In this document: in pieces, positions 38,441-49,590 of the stretch
Position numbering within the stretch: the stretch's first letter is position 1
How the letters are laid out: each line of letters begins with the position of its first letter
Origin: Rickettsiales bacterium
GTDB taxonomy: Bacteria > Pseudomonadota > Alphaproteobacteria > Rs-D84
Assembly: GCA_031279085.1 (NCBI GenBank)
Contig: JAITJD010000009.1
Location: 97,232-161,231 of the forward strand
Direction: 5' to 3'
Length of the DNA stretch: 64,000 nt
Position numbers and translations under genes: made by a program
The notes under the pieces: model-generated
Database searches by the model: none
What the model was told of the DNA's origin: nothing
Seen by the model: the letters and a program-made list of their open reading frames with translations, nothing else

Positions 38441-39505
38441 ATGAAAATATGGATTGCAACAGGCGGAACAGGCGGGCATGTTTTTCCAGCCTTGGCTTTG
38501 TCCGATGAAGTGGCAAGACGCGGCCATAATGTAATTATTTCCACCGACGGCCGGGTTCTTGACATGATAAGGAAAAACAAGCCGGAAAAAGCCGGAATTG
38601 CTTTTGTGTGGGCATCGGGCGTCGGCGCCAAAAGCAGAATCATGCAAGCGGCGGCCTTGTTTGAAATCGCCGCATCGGCGCTTGCTTTATGGCTGCGGTT
38701 CATGCTGTTTCGTCCGGCGCGCGTTGTCGCTTTTGGCGGATATGCGTCCGTCCCGGCGGTTCTGGCGGCTTACATGTGGAAAATCCCGACTTTGCTGCAC
38801 GAGCAGAATGCGGCGATCGGCCGCGCTAACAAGTTCGCATTGCGCTGGGTCGGCACTTTGATGACAAGCTTTCCCGCAGTATCCGGCATCCAGCGGCAGG
38901 CGCCCGGGCAAAAAGTGATTTACACCGGTCTGCCGGTCAGAAAAGAATTCAAACCCTCGGAATACAAAATTAAAAAAGGCGAATTCCGCCTGCTGATCAC
39001 CGGCGGCAGTCTGGGCTCGAAAATACTCGACGAAGTCGTGCCGTCGGCCATCTGTCGTCTGCCGCCGGCCATGCAAAAGAAAATATTCATAACTCATCAG
39101 ACCAGGCCGGAAAATGTGCCGTTGCTGCAAAAATTTTATGCCGATCAGAAAATCAAAGCAAATGTTTTGTCATTTATTCACGACATGGCCGGCGCAATTA
39201 TGTCCAGCGACTTGGTCATCGGGCGCAGCGGCGCCGGCACGGTTGTCGAATTGCAGACAATCGGACGACCCGCGATTTTGGTTCCGCTGGGGATTAATCC
39301 GGATCAGGCCGCGAATGCGGAAAGCTTTGCGGGAACAGGCGCGGGCTTTGCAATCGCGCAGGACAAGTTTACTCCAAAGTGGCTGTCCGCTACTTTGACC
39401 GGACTTTTTGACAACCCCGCCCGCTTGGCAAAAATGGCGGAAAAAGCATTAGTGCCGAATAATGCGGTTGATAATATTGTGAAAATAATATTAGACGACC
39501 AATAG
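38441..39505 (+). CDS. murG: UDP-N-acetylglucosamine--N-acetylmuramyl-(pentapeptide) pyrophosphoryl-undecaprenol GlcNAc transferase
   Basis: ATGGTGGHVFPALAL N-terminus and C-terminal GRSGAGTVVEL...P..P. Confidence 0.9.
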   Translation: MKIWIATGGTGGHVFPALALSDEVARRGHNVIISTDGRVLDMIRKNKPEKAGIAFVWASGVGAKSRIMQAAALFEIAASALALWLRFMLFRPARVVAFGGYASVPAVLAAYMWKIPTLLHEQNAAIGRANKFALRWVGTLMTSFPAVSGIQRQAPGQKVIYTGLPVRKEFKPSEYKIKKGEFRLLITGGSLGSKILDEVVPSAICRLPPAMQKKIFITHQTRPENVPLLQKFYADQKIKANVLSFIHDMAGAIMSSDLVIGRSGAGTVVELQTIGRPAILVPLGINPDQAANAESFAGTGAGFAIAQDKFTPKWLSATLTGLFDNPARLAKMAEKALVPNNAVDNIVKIILDDQ

Positions 39506-39581
39506 CTGAGAGTCTACGGTAAAATTTTTCTCTTGCCCCCGATTCGCTATTTGTTATATGATATGAATATAGGGGAAATAT

Positions 39582-40793
39582 ATGCGGGCGGCGTTAATAT
39601 CAGTTTTATCTTTTTTTGCGTGTATGGAAGTGTTTGCAGGCGCAAGATTGCCGGTTGTGAATATTGCGGCCGGCTCTGTTTCAGCGCGCGCAGCTTTTGG
39701 CGAAACGCCCGAAAAGCACGAGCTTGCAATCGAAAATCAAACGAAAAAAAATATCGTTTCAAACAAAGATGTTTCCGCGCGCAGCGCGCGGCCGGCGGCT
39801 AATGACATATTATCCCCGCGCAAGCCCAGCGGCGATTTGTGGGCGCGTCTGGACAAGCCGCTGCGTCTGCCGGAGCCGCAAGAATTCTCCGTCGTGCAGT
39901 CTGACTTTGTCTTGCCGGAAGAAAGCCTGAAACCGCATGTCGCGGCGCGTGAAAAACCAAAAGCTACCTTGGCAGCTCTGCCGGTTGGCGGCAATCTGGA
40001 CGCTGAAATAGCAAATTTGGTCGAATTGCAGCGCAAAGCGGATGAAAGCGTTCGCGCTTCCAAAATCGAAAATCGAAAACCGGCGGTCAAAGCCCGCGCG
40101 CCGGCGGCCGACATTACTGATGGAGAAGAAATCACTTTATCGCGCGTCATTGTCCCCGCGGTTGAGGAGCCGAAAATCGTCCCCCGCCCCGCCGCCGGCA
40201 ATTCAAAGCTGACCGTTCGCGATGAAACCGATCTAAACGATTTTACAAAAATGTCGCCCGGAGAATTAAAAAAAGCTTTTAAAAAAACTTATTTGTCCGA
40301 GAACAAGCATTTGTCCACATACAAAATAGACGACCGCTTTGATGTCGCAAGCGATGTTTCATCAAGTATTGAAGGCTTTACATCAAGCCGCGATTTGTCG
40401 GAAGCCGACGATGTGCGCACCTTGGAAATAAAAATAGGATTTCGCGGCGACGATTCGGCCTTGTCGCGCGATAATTACAATTTGTTAAGCAAGTACGCCG
40501 GCGTCATCATCAGCAATCCGAAACGCGCGATACAGATATCCATTCCGGAACGCGCAACGCGCAACCTGGACGGCCGCAAGCTGGCCGCTCGCAGGCTGGC
40601 CATTGTAGAGCAGGTTTTGCGCGATACCGGTATTTCTGACCAGCGGATTATGCCGGTGCTGAGCCAGCGCAGCGACGACAGTTTCGTTCTGCGCGCGATA
40701 TCAAGCGACCAGTTTGAAACGATGACGCAGCAAAAACGCGATATGTTTGGCGACACTGTCGGCAAAAAGACTTACAAAAGCATGACTTGGTGA
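39582..40793 (+). CDS. secreted hypothetical protein with a degenerate OmpA-like C-terminal region
   Basis: Signal peptide MRAALISVLSFFACMEVFAGA. C-terminal ...RKLAARRLAIVEQVLRDTGISDQRI... is reminiscent of OmpA/MotB peptidoglycan-binding domains. Confidence 0.5.
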   Translation: MRAALISVLSFFACMEVFAGARLPVVNIAAGSVSARAAFGETPEKHELAIENQTKKNIVSNKDVSARSARPAANDILSPRKPSGDLWARLDKPLRLPEPQEFSVVQSDFVLPEESLKPHVAAREKPKATLAALPVGGNLDAEIANLVELQRKADESVRASKIENRKPAVKARAPAADITDGEEITLSRVIVPAVEEPKIVPRPAAGNSKLTVRDETDLNDFTKMSPGELKKAFKKTYLSENKHLSTYKIDDRFDVASDVSSSIEGFTSSRDLSEADDVRTLEIKIGFRGDDSALSRDNYNLLSKYAGVIISNPKRAIQISIPERATRNLDGRKLAARRLAIVEQVLRDTGISDQRIMPVLSQRSDDSFVLRAISSDQFETMTQQKRDMFGDTVGKKTYKSMTW

Positions 40794-40870
40794 TTTTGCA
40801 GCAGTTAGTCAATAATCGAAAGTCCAAAGTCGCTTTTGACTAAAATGCTATTTATCGACCGCGGACTATA

Positions 40871-41578
40871 ATGTTTATACTGGACTTTCTTTTTCCTCCG
40901 TCTTGTCCGATTTGCAATTCGCCTGTTTCTGAGCATGGGACATTATGCCCAGAATGCTGGTCAAAGTTCAACTGGATAGGCAACCCGAAGTGCTGCAAAT
41001 GCGGATATCCCTTCCCAGCCAATCTGGATTTGGGCCCGGCGCCTTTGTGCCCTGTGTGCGCAGCCGGCGACAGCGAGCTTGACTGGATGCGCGCCGCATG
41101 CGTTTATGATGATTTCTCGCGCGATATAATGCTGCCTTTTAAGCACGCGGGCGCGCTGAAATATCAAAAAATAATGTCGCGCGCAATGATTTTTGCTTTG
41201 AATGAATTAGAATTTAAACCGGATCTGGTCATGCCGGTTCCGCTGGCTTGCCGCCGCCTGGCATGGCGCGGATATAATCAGGCGGCTCTGCTGGCCGCGC
41301 CCATTGCAAGGCATCTGGGCGTCCGTTCGGAAGTGTCGGCACTGCGCAGAAAGCACAGGCCGGACATGGGGCGCATGAACGCCAGGCAAAGACGGGAAAA
41401 TATTCGCGATGTTTTCGGCATACGCAACCCGTCCGCCATTAAAGACAAAATCATTTTGTTAGTTGACGATGTCATGACGACAGGCGCGACTTTTGCCGAA
41501 TTGAACAAAACTTTAAAACGCGCCGGCGCGAAAGCCGTGTATGGAATTGTCTTTTGCAGAGTTGTGCGCGCAATTTGA
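40871..41578 (+). CDS. comF: ComF-family phosphoribosyltransferase-domain protein
   Basis: N-terminal CPICNSP..CPECW..CCKCGYPF..CPVC zinc-finger-like cysteines and a C-terminal PRT motif ILLVDDVMTTGAT. Confidence 0.8.
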   Translation: MFILDFLFPPSCPICNSPVSEHGTLCPECWSKFNWIGNPKCCKCGYPFPANLDLGPAPLCPVCAAGDSELDWMRAACVYDDFSRDIMLPFKHAGALKYQKIMSRAMIFALNELEFKPDLVMPVPLACRRLAWRGYNQAALLAAPIARHLGVRSEVSALRRKHRPDMGRMNARQRRENIRDVFGIRNPSAIKDKIILLVDDVMTTGATFAELNKTLKRAGAKAVYGIVFCRVVRAI

Positions 41579-41642
41579 AAAAAATAAAGAATAAATTGAA
41601 AACAGCAAGATAATGATGTAATATGCACAAAAAGGATTTGCC

Positions 41643-42164
41643 ATGAAAAAATCAGCTCTTTGTTCTTTATTCTCTATTCTTTGCTCTTTTGGGGGCGCGA
41701 TGGCGCTGCCGCTTACGGGCTTTTACCAGACTATTGATGACGAAACGAGCAAGCCGAAATCAATCGTGCGCTTGTATGAATGCGGGGAAAATCTTTGCGG
41801 ACGCATAGTCGCGCTGTATGATGCCGAGACCGGCAAGATTTCCGAAACCTTGTCAAATCCTGTCCGCATCGCGGATAAAGTTGACGGCGCGCCGAAAATG
41901 ACCGGACTGGATATTATCTGGAATATGGAATGGGACGAAGATGACGCGCGGTACGAGGATGGAAAAATCATGGACCCAAAAAAAGGCAGCATATATTCTT
42001 CCGTAATCTGGCCGGACGCCGACGATAAAGCCAAACTGCGGGTGCGCGGTAAAATCGGACCGTTTGGCAGAACCCAAGTTTGGAATGTCATGAAAGTTTC
42101 AGATTTGCCGGCAGATTTGCAGAAACTGGATACAAAAGATTGGAAACCCGCAATCAGGAAATAA
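41643..42164 (+). CDS. DUF2147-family secreted protein
   Basis: Signal peptide, then GFYQTIDDETSKPKSIVRLYECGENLCGRIV...GKIMDPKKGSIYSS...LRVRGKIGPFGRTQVW, typical of DUF2147. Confidence 0.65.
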   Translation: MKKSALCSLFSILCSFGGAMALPLTGFYQTIDDETSKPKSIVRLYECGENLCGRIVALYDAETGKISETLSNPVRIADKVDGAPKMTGLDIIWNMEWDEDDARYEDGKIMDPKKGSIYSSVIWPDADDKAKLRVRGKIGPFGRTQVWNVMKVSDLPADLQKLDTKDWKPAIRK

Positions 42165-42169
42165 TCAAA

Positions 42170-44683
42170 ATGATAGAAAAATACGACCCGAAAATCCTGG
42201 AAGAAAAATATGCCAGCGAATGGGAAAATTCCGGCGTTTACAAATTTGACCGGAATACCGCGCGCGAAGATTCTTTTGCGATAGATACTCCGCCGCCGAC
42301 AGTTTCCGGCAGCCTGCACATGGGGCATGTTATGGGATATGCCCAGACTGACATACTGGCGCGTTTTCACAGAATGTCGGGGAAAAATGTTTTCTTTCCA
42401 ATCGGCTGGGATGACAACGGGCTGCCGACCGAGCGGCGCGTTCAAAACTATTTCAATATCAAGTGCGATCCTAAAATCGCCTATGACCCCGATTTCAAGC
42501 CGGATCATAAAGATAAATTCACAGAGCCTCAGCAGCCCGTATCCCGACGGAACTTTATAGAAGCTTGCAACATCTTGATTCATGAAGACGAAAAAGTTTT
42601 CGAAGCAGTTTGGCGCCGGCTGGGGTATTCCTATGACTGGGGGCTGAAATATTCCACAATTTCCGATACGGCCCGCCGCATTGCGCAAGAAGCTTTTATA
42701 AAGTTCTACAACAGCGGCAATGTCAAATCAGTGGACAGCCCGACCATGTGGGACACGACTTTTCAAACGGCGGTCGCCCAGGCGGAAATAGAAGACCGCG
42801 AGATTGCCGGTCATTTTCATGATATCAGATTTCATGTTGACGGCGGCGAATTTATAATCGCGACGACTCGTCCGGAATTTCTGCCGGCCTGCATTGCGAT
42901 TGTCGCGCATCCCGATGATTCGCGCTATAAAGATATAATCGGTAAAAATGCCGTCGTTCCCCTGTTCGGGCATTCTGTTCCGATATTGGCAAGTCCGCAT
43001 GCCGATCCTGAAAAAGGCACCGGAATAATGATGGTCTGCACCTTTGGCGACGCCGAAGATGTGAAGTTCTGGAAAACGCACGGACTGCCGCTGCGCCAGA
43101 TAATCGGCCGTGATGGAAAAGTCGTCGACACCGGAATTCTGCCGGAAAATGAAAATTTTGCAAAGCTGGTCGGATTACCCATCAAAGCCGCGCGCAGGCA
43201 GATTGTCGAAATGCTGCGCGAATCAGGAGATTTGACAGCAGAGCCGCGGCCTATAACGCATGCCGTGAAATTTTATGAAAAAGGCGATGTGCCGATTGAA
43301 TTCGTGCCCAGCCGCCAGTGGTTTGTCCGCTTGCTGGATAAAAAAGAAAAGCTGTCGGAATTCGGCGCGCGCATCGGCTGGTTTCCGGAATATATGGGCA
43401 GGCGCTTGCAGGATTGGATTGACGGGCTGAATCAGGATTGGGCGATTTCTCGCCAGCGATTCTTCGGCGTGCCGTTTCCTGTCTGGTACAGACTGGACGA
43501 TGCGGGCGAGCCTGATTTTGACAACCCTATTTTGGCGGCCAAGCTGCCATGCGATCCGCTGGCCGAAGCCCCTGATGGATTCGACGAAAGCAGGCGCGGC
43601 CAGCCGAATGGATTCATCGGCGACCCCGATGTCATGGATACTTGGGCGACCAGCAGCCTGACGCCGCAAATAGCGATGGAAATGGCCGGCAACCCGAAAA
43701 ATCTGAGCCTGCCGTTCAATGCGCGGAATTCTGGCCCCGAAATCATCCGCACTTGGAATTTCTACACCATTGCCCAAGACATGATGAATGCGGATTCGAT
43801 TCCATGGAATCAATGCTGGGTAAACGGCTGGGTTCTGGATCCAGACCGCAAGAAAATGTCAAAGTCCCTGGGCAATGTGGTCGTGCCGACGGAAATAATA
43901 GAAAAATACGGCGCGGACGCCATACGGCTGTGGGCAGGTTCCATGAAGTGGGGCACCGACGCGGCCTGCGACGAGAAATCCATCGAAGCAAAGCGCAAGC
44001 TGTGCATGAAGTTCTTCAACGCCGCGAAATTCGTGTTCGGATTCCGCGCAGACTGCATGAACGCGCCTGCGGCAACTGCGGATGGTCCGGACGAATTTCA
44101 TAATCCTGTCGACACGGCATTCACAGCAAGGCTGAATGAATCAATTCAAGAATATGAAAAGTATTTCAAGGAAAACGATTATGCCGGCGCGCTTGCGTCG
44201 GTTGAACAGGCATTCTGGGATTTCTGCGACAATTATTTGGAAATCACAAAAGGGCGCGCTTATTCCGGCGACAAATCCGCGTTAAAGTCTTTGACCTTGT
44301 CAGTAGAGTCTTTCTGCGCTTTATTCGCGCCTTTCATGCCGTTCATAACCGAAGAGGTGTGGCAGTCGCGCCCATGGTCCGATAAAGACAAATCGATTCA
44401 TAATCAGCCGCTGCCGTCAAAATGGCCCGATTACATCAACGGCGCTGACGGAGATACAGTAGGCTATCGGCTGTTGTGCGAATTGGTGTCCGCCGTGCGC
44501 GGAAAAAAATCCACAGGCGGAAAATCTGTGAAATTCCCGATTAAAAAGCTGGTTGTGCGCGATGATGAATTCTTGCGCGGCGCGGCTGCTGACATAAAAA
44601 ATGTTTTGAATGCGGATAAGCTGGAATTTGCCGGCAATGATTTGATAAGTGAATTAGAATGGGGGGAAGCAGAGACAAAATGA
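42170..44683 (+). CDS. valS: valine--tRNA ligase (archaeal/actinobacterial-like type, as in Rickettsiales)
   Basis: HIGH-region PPPTVSGSLHMGH, GWDDNGLPTERRVQ, and KMSKS (RKKMSKSLGN). ATG 42170; the listed ORF starts upstream inside the DUF2147 gene. Confidence 0.88.
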   Translation: MIEKYDPKILEEKYASEWENSGVYKFDRNTAREDSFAIDTPPPTVSGSLHMGHVMGYAQTDILARFHRMSGKNVFFPIGWDDNGLPTERRVQNYFNIKCDPKIAYDPDFKPDHKDKFTEPQQPVSRRNFIEACNILIHEDEKVFEAVWRRLGYSYDWGLKYSTISDTARRIAQEAFIKFYNSGNVKSVDSPTMWDTTFQTAVAQAEIEDREIAGHFHDIRFHVDGGEFIIATTRPEFLPACIAIVAHPDDSRYKDIIGKNAVVPLFGHSVPILASPHADPEKGTGIMMVCTFGDAEDVKFWKTHGLPLRQIIGRDGKVVDTGILPENENFAKLVGLPIKAARRQIVEMLRESGDLTAEPRPITHAVKFYEKGDVPIEFVPSRQWFVRLLDKKEKLSEFGARIGWFPEYMGRRLQDWIDGLNQDWAISRQRFFGVPFPVWYRLDDAGEPDFDNPILAAKLPCDPLAEAPDGFDESRRGQPNGFIGDPDVMDTWATSSLTPQIAMEMAGNPKNLSLPFNARNSGPEIIRTWNFYTIAQDMMNADSIPWNQCWVNGWVLDPDRKKMSKSLGNVVVPTEIIEKYGADAIRLWAGSMKWGTDAACDEKSIEAKRKLCMKFFNAAKFVFGFRADCMNAPAATADGPDEFHNPVDTAFTARLNESIQEYEKYFKENDYAGALASVEQAFWDFCDNYLEITKGRAYSGDKSALKSLTLSVESFCALFAPFMPFITEEVWQSRPWSDKDKSIHNQPLPSKWPDYINGADGDTVGYRLLCELVSAVRGKKSTGGKSVKFPIKKLVVRDDEFLRGAAADIKNVLNADKLEFAGNDLISELEWGEAETK

Positions 44684-45402
44684 CGGAAAAACTGGTTGAA
44701 AAAAGAATATTGAAAACTTACCAAACGGACAGGTACGGCAATATCCGCCCGCTGATGCTGATGAACGAATTGCAGGCGATAGCCGACAATCATGCAGAGG
44801 TTTTGGGCTGCGGCCGGTCGTACTGCATGGATCATGGTCTGGCCTGGGTCGTGACGCATTATCTGATAGATATCAAAGAACTGCCGCGCGAAGCCGAAGA
44901 GCTTACATTTATAACCTGGCCGGCGGCGCATGACATGTTAAAGGCGGTTCGCGATTTTGAAGTTCGCGGGGCTGACGGCCGCCTTATGGTCCGCGCGACC
45001 AGCCAATGGATTCTGATAGATATTGAAAAAAGGCGACCGCTGAAATTGTCGGACAACCTGCCCTATTGGGATATAATACCAGAGCGCGCATTGAATCGCG
45101 CCTTTGACAAGTTCCAGGATTTTGAGCCGCAAAAATCATGGACTGTCAAATGCAGGTATGACGATGTTGATGTCAATCAGCATATAAACAACGCCGTCTA
45201 TGCGGTATGGGCGACAGAAAGCGTTGGCTTTGAATTCCGCAACACTCACAAATTGCGCGGCATCGAATTGAACTTTAAAAAAGAAATCAATCCAAATACC
45301 AAGGAAGTCGCGGTTGACACCGCAATACTTGAAGATGTCAGCCAGCATAAAATCCGCATCGGTGATGTCGAGCACGCAAACATAGTGTGCCATTGGAAAT
45401 GA
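44680..45402 (+). CDS. acyl-ACP thioesterase (FatA/B-like, PF01643-type)
   Basis: Double hot-dog pattern ...GLAWVVTHYLIDI... and RYDDVDVNQHINNAVYAVWATE. Start overlaps the valS stop (ATGA). Confidence 0.65.
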   Translation: MTEKLVEKRILKTYQTDRYGNIRPLMLMNELQAIADNHAEVLGCGRSYCMDHGLAWVVTHYLIDIKELPREAEELTFITWPAAHDMLKAVRDFEVRGADGRLMVRATSQWILIDIEKRRPLKLSDNLPYWDIIPERALNRAFDKFQDFEPQKSWTVKCRYDDVDVNQHINNAVYAVWATESVGFEFRNTHKLRGIELNFKKEINPNTKEVAVDTAILEDVSQHKIRIGDVEHANIVCHWK

Positions 45403-45446
45403 AAGTTCTAATGTTTACCGGCGACCGGGGCGGCATAAAAACAAAA

Positions 45447-45486
45447 CCCCGCAATTGTAATATTATTGCGGGGGCTTATTTTTTGC
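45447..45486. terminator. bidirectional Rho-independent terminator between the thioesterase gene and rpmH
   Basis: CCCCGCAAT-N9-ATTGCGGGG stem, flanked by an A-run upstream and a T-run downstream. Confidence 0.7.
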
Positions 45487-45499
45487 GTAAAGCAATTTT

Positions 45500-45652
45500 T
45501 TAATTCACTGCGGATACCGCCAACCTCTTGCGGCCGGCCGCGCGGCGGCGGCTTAGCACATCGCGTCCGCTTTTTGTCGCCATTTTTTCGCGAAATCCAT
45601 GCGTCTTGACGCGGCGGGTTTTAGACGGTTGATAAGTTCTTTTTGTTGCCAT
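45500..45652 (-). CDS. rpmH: 50S ribosomal protein L34 (not in the supplied ORF track because it is under 60 aa)
   Basis: The reverse strand translates to [50 protein letters not shown]. Confidence 0.9.
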   Translation of the reverse strand: MATKRTYQPSKTRRVKTHGFREKMATKSGRDVLSRRRAAGRKRLAVSAVN

Positions 45653-45936
45653 TACTAATCCTTTTGTAGCCCTATTTAATCACAGGTTTTGCCAAAACGC
45701 AAATTATTTTTTATTCTCTGACACCAAACCCAGTTTTTTCAGGACTTCCAAGAACAAAAAGTAAACAAAAATCATTGCAAACAAACGCCAAACCGGAAGA
45801 AACATTACTTGCTCCTTTTTCTTTTATATATAGCGCGAAATAATTTTTTGTCAACCAAAATTTCGGGCTTTATTCCTTGACCCGCGGCGCGTTTTTCTGC
45901 TATCTTTCACATTGTTAAAAACAAGGAAAATCCAGT

Positions 45937-48645
45937 ATGTCTGAAATAAATAATGTAAATGAAATAAAAGAAGCAAAAGTGCCGGTCAGCCCGCTGGAAC
46001 ATGAAATGCAGACCAGCTTTTTGGACTACGCCATGTCGGTCATAGTCGACCGCGCGCTGCCCGATGTCCGCGACGGGTGCAAGCCCGTGCACCGCCGCAT
46101 TCTGTATGTCATGAACGATGTGGCTCCATCAACCAAGGCGACCGTGAAGTCCGCCCGCATTGTCGGCGATGTCATGGGCAAATACCACCCGCATGGCGAC
46201 AGCTCTATCTATGAAGCCATGGCGCGCATGGCCCAGGATTTTTCCATGGGCGAAATTTTGGTTCATGGCCAGGGAAACTTTGGCTCGCGCGACGGGGACA
46301 AGCCCGCCGCCATGCGTTATACCGAAGCGCGCCTGTCCAAGCTGGGCGCCAGCCTGATGGACGATATGGACAAAGACACTGTCGGCTGGATGCCGAACTT
46401 TGACGGCAGCTTGCAGGAACCGCAGGTCTTGCCGGCGAAATTTCCGAATTTTCTGGTTAACGGTGGCTCAGGAATCGCGGTCGGCATGGCGACGAATGTC
46501 CCGACATATAATCTGGGCGAAGTTTGCAACGGTGTTCTGGCCGTATTGGATAAAAAAGAAATAACAGACGACGAATTGTTCGGAATAATCCAAGCGCCCG
46601 ATTTTCCGACAGGCGGCATAATCATGGGCCGCGCTGGCGCATACAAGGCGCATACCACGGGCCGCGGGTCTGTCATCGTCCGCGCCAAGACCCATATCGA
46701 AGACTTCCGCGAGCGCGAGGCGATTATTGTTGACGAGATTCCATACCAGGTCAATAAATCTCAGCTGATTATAAAAATAGCCGAACTGGCAAAGGATAAA
46801 CGCATTGAGGGAATTTCCGAAATCCGCGATGAATCATCTAAAGAGGGACTGCGCGTCGTCATTGAGTTAAAGCGCGACGCGATTGCCGATGTGGTTTTGA
46901 ACCAGCTGTTTCAATACACAGAACTGCAAAACAGTTTTCCGGTCAACATGATGGCGCTGAACCGCGGCCGCCCGATGCTGTTCAATATTCGCAAAGTGCT
47001 GGATTCTTTTATAGATTTCCGCATAGAGGTTATTCGCCGCCGCACTATTTTTGACCTTAACAAAGCCCGCAACCGCGCGCATACCTTGCTGGGGCTGTCG
47101 GTGGCTGTCGGAAACCTTGACGAGATAATCGCGCTAATCAAAGGCAGCGAATCACCAGAGGCGGCGCGCGAAGCCTTGATTGCGCGCGGCTGGAAAGCAT
47201 CGGATATAGAAAGCTATATCCGGCTGATCGACGACCCTAATACCGAATACAAGGACGGAATGTTTTATATGTCCGAAGACCAGGCCAAAGCGATTTTAGA
47301 ATTGCAACTGCACCGCCTGACGGGCTTGGAACGCGAAAAGATTCACAAGGATTTGACCGACCTTGGCGTGGTCATCAAAGACCTGCTGGACATTTTGGGC
47401 AGCCATGCGCGCATCATAGAAATCATACGCGGCGAAACAACCGCCGTGCGCGACAACTGGGCCAGTCCGCGCCGCACTGAAATATCGGATGCGGAAATCG
47501 ACATCGACATCGAAGACCTGATAGCGCGCGAAGACATGGTCATCACGGTCAGCAATACCGGATATATCAAGCGCGTCTCGCTGGATACTTACCGCGCGCA
47601 AAAGCGCGGCGGCAAAGGACGCAACGCAATGACGACCAAAGAGGACGATTATGTCGTCCAGGTGTTCGTTGCGAATACTCATGCGCCGCTGTTGTTTTTC
47701 AGCTCCAAGGGAATTTGCTACAAGCTGAAAACATACAAGCTGCCGGAGGCCGCATCCGCCGCCAAAGGCCGGCCTTTGGTAAATCTGCTGCCGCTGTCCG
47801 CGGGCGAAGCTATCACGGCGATTCTGCCGGTTCCGGAAGATACGGACAAATCGCACATGATGTTCGCAACCAGCATGGGAACAATCCGCCGCAATGATTT
47901 CAGCGACTTTGAATCAATCCGCGCAAATGGAAAAATCGCCATGAAGCTGGAAGACGGCGAATCTTTGGTCAGCGTTATGCTGTGCAATGAAAACCAAGAT
48001 GTGTTCATGTCGACTTACCGCGGCCGCTGCATTCGTTTCCCCGTTCCCGAAATCCGCGTATTCCAAAGCCGCGCCAGCACCGGCGTCCGCGCGATAAAAC
48101 TGGGCGACGACGACAAAATCATAGGCATGGCGATGTTGAATCATTCTGACGCCGACGCGGAAACTCGCGCCGCTTATATAAAGCAGAGCCGCGCCGCGCG
48201 CCGCGCCGCAACCGGCGTGGAAGAAGAAGCCGATGCCGATGAAGAAGCGACGACATTGGTTTTAGATGATGCGAAAATGACTGAAATGGCGGCCCGGGAA
48301 GAATTTATCCTGACCATTTCGGAAAACGGATTCGGCAAGCGCAGCAGCAGCTATGAATACCGCCCGACTCATCGCGGCGGCGGCGGGTTTGCAAACATAA
48401 AGCTGGGCGGCAAAAATACTGCTGTGGCCGGCAGCTTTCCGATAAGCGCGGCGCAAGATGTCATAATGGTGACGGACGGCGGAAAGATAATCCGCACGCC
48501 GGTATCTGATATCAGAATAGCTGGCCGCGCGACGGCGGGCGTGACTTTGTTCCGCATGGCGGACAAGGAAAAACTGGTGTCGGCAATACCGATTGTCCGC
48601 GAAGAAGAATCTGATGAACCCGAAGAACAAGGGGAAAGCCAATGA
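45937..48645 (+). CDS. gyrA: DNA gyrase subunit A
   Basis: [25 protein letters not shown] (catalytic Tyr), a QRDR-like region, and C-terminal beta-pinwheel repeats. Confidence 0.95.
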   Translation: MSEINNVNEIKEAKVPVSPLEHEMQTSFLDYAMSVIVDRALPDVRDGCKPVHRRILYVMNDVAPSTKATVKSARIVGDVMGKYHPHGDSSIYEAMARMAQDFSMGEILVHGQGNFGSRDGDKPAAMRYTEARLSKLGASLMDDMDKDTVGWMPNFDGSLQEPQVLPAKFPNFLVNGGSGIAVGMATNVPTYNLGEVCNGVLAVLDKKEITDDELFGIIQAPDFPTGGIIMGRAGAYKAHTTGRGSVIVRAKTHIEDFREREAIIVDEIPYQVNKSQLIIKIAELAKDKRIEGISEIRDESSKEGLRVVIELKRDAIADVVLNQLFQYTELQNSFPVNMMALNRGRPMLFNIRKVLDSFIDFRIEVIRRRTIFDLNKARNRAHTLLGLSVAVGNLDEIIALIKGSESPEAAREALIARGWKASDIESYIRLIDDPNTEYKDGMFYMSEDQAKAILELQLHRLTGLEREKIHKDLTDLGVVIKDLLDILGSHARIIEIIRGETTAVRDNWASPRRTEISDAEIDIDIEDLIAREDMVITVSNTGYIKRVSLDTYRAQKRGGKGRNAMTTKEDDYVVQVFVANTHAPLLFFSSKGICYKLKTYKLPEAASAAKGRPLVNLLPLSAGEAITAILPVPEDTDKSHMMFATSMGTIRRNDFSDFESIRANGKIAMKLEDGESLVSVMLCNENQDVFMSTYRGRCIRFPVPEIRVFQSRASTGVRAIKLGDDDKIIGMAMLNHSDADAETRAAYIKQSRAARRAATGVEEEADADEEATTLVLDDAKMTEMAAREEFILTISENGFGKRSSSYEYRPTHRGGGGFANIKLGGKNTAVAGSFPISAAQDVIMVTDGGKIIRTPVSDIRIAGRATAGVTLFRMADKEKLVSAIPIVREEESDEPEEQGESQ

Positions 48646-48950
48646 GAAAATTTCTGATTCTGCCTCTGCTGGCGGCATGCACGACGACCGCGCAGACTCC
48701 CGAAGGCATGGCAGTCAGGATTGTGGACGAAAAGCCGCAGGCTTGCGAGTCTTTGGGCGATTTGGATACGATGGGCAACAACTTTTCCGACAGCGAGTCC
48801 CTGAATTATATCCGAAACAGAACGGCCAAGGCCGGCGGCAATACTCTGCGCATTTCCAAGGTTGTGAATTACAGCTATGTCAGCAGCATGGTGATAGGCA
48901 GCAACGACTATTACGCGCACTATGCCTATATGTATAAATGCGGAAGTTGA
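48642..48950 (+). CDS. small lipoprotein (DUF4156-like)
   Basis: Lipobox LLAAC. ...C.SLGDLD........[15 protein letters not shown] pattern. 4-nt overlap with gyrA. Confidence 0.55.
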   Translation: MRKFLILPLLAACTTTAQTPEGMAVRIVDEKPQACESLGDLDTMGNNFSDSESLNYIRNRTAKAGGNTLRISKVVNYSYVSSMVIGSNDYYAHYAYMYKCGS

Positions 48951-48951
48951 T

Positions 48952-49590
48952 ATGAAAAGAATTCTTTTGGAAAACAAATACATATTGCTGATGCTGGGGA
49001 TTTCTGCGGCATATATTGTTGTTTTGCAGCATGTGTTTGGAATAGTTCCGTCGCTTGTCGAAACGATTGCGGTAATATTCGGAATAATTCAGCTGGATTT
49101 ATTCAGACGGCAAAAGCCCGCAGGTTTTGTTTTTAATATTCTGTATTCCGGTTTTCTGATATTTTGGTTTGCCTCGATAATGCTATACGGGCAGGTGGCA
49201 ATGAGGGCGATATTTGTGGTCATAAATCTTTTCGGATTGTATTTCTGGCTAAAGCCGCAAATTGGTAAAACCAAAGAATTAAAGCCGTCCTGGCTGTCGT
49301 ATAAAGTCAAGATTCCTGCATATATTGCCATTATTGCTTTTGGGGCGGTTGTCTGGAAAGCCGAGAGTCTGAAAATATCCGCGGATTGGATGTATGCTTT
49401 GGCGGCCGTAATCGGCCAGATTTTTATTTCCAAAAAGAAAATCGACAGCTGGGTTTTATGGTTGTGCAATGATGTCTTGATCGGCCTGCCGCTTTTCTTT
49501 TTATCCGGTTCATGGATGTATTTGATGATGACTGTTTTCATGATATTCGGGGAAGTCGGCTCAATATTGTCATGGAGGAGGCAAAAATGA
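48952..49590 (+). CDS. pnuC: PnuC-family nicotinamide riboside/NMN transporter (putative)
   Basis: Seven or so TM segments with conserved Trp/Asn-containing helices (...GLYFWLKP..., ...DSWVLWLCNDVLIGLPLFF...). Confidence 0.55.
   Translation: MKRILLENKYILLMLGISAAYIVVLQHVFGIVPSLVETIAVIFGIIQLDLFRRQKPAGFVFNILYSGFLIFWFASIMLYGQVAMRAIFVVINLFGLYFWLKPQIGKTKELKPSWLSYKVKIPAYIAIIAFGAVVWKAESLKISADWMYALAAVIGQIFISKKKIDSWVLWLCNDVLIGLPLFFLSGSWMYLMMTVFMIFGEVGSILSWRRQK

Noticed and set aside
41723-42688. 321-aa minus-strand ORF, the longest unexplained ORF in the track.
   Set aside because: It lies entirely antisense to the well-supported DUF2147 and valS genes and has no recognisable motifs. It is a typical shadow ORF.
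45653-45936. The rpmH-gyrA intergenic region as a possible replication origin, since rpmH is oriC-proximal in many bacteria.
   Set aside because: I could not see a cluster of TTATCCACA-like DnaA boxes or an AT-rich 13-mer array. dnaA, dnaN and rnpA are not adjacent. There is no support beyond gene identity.
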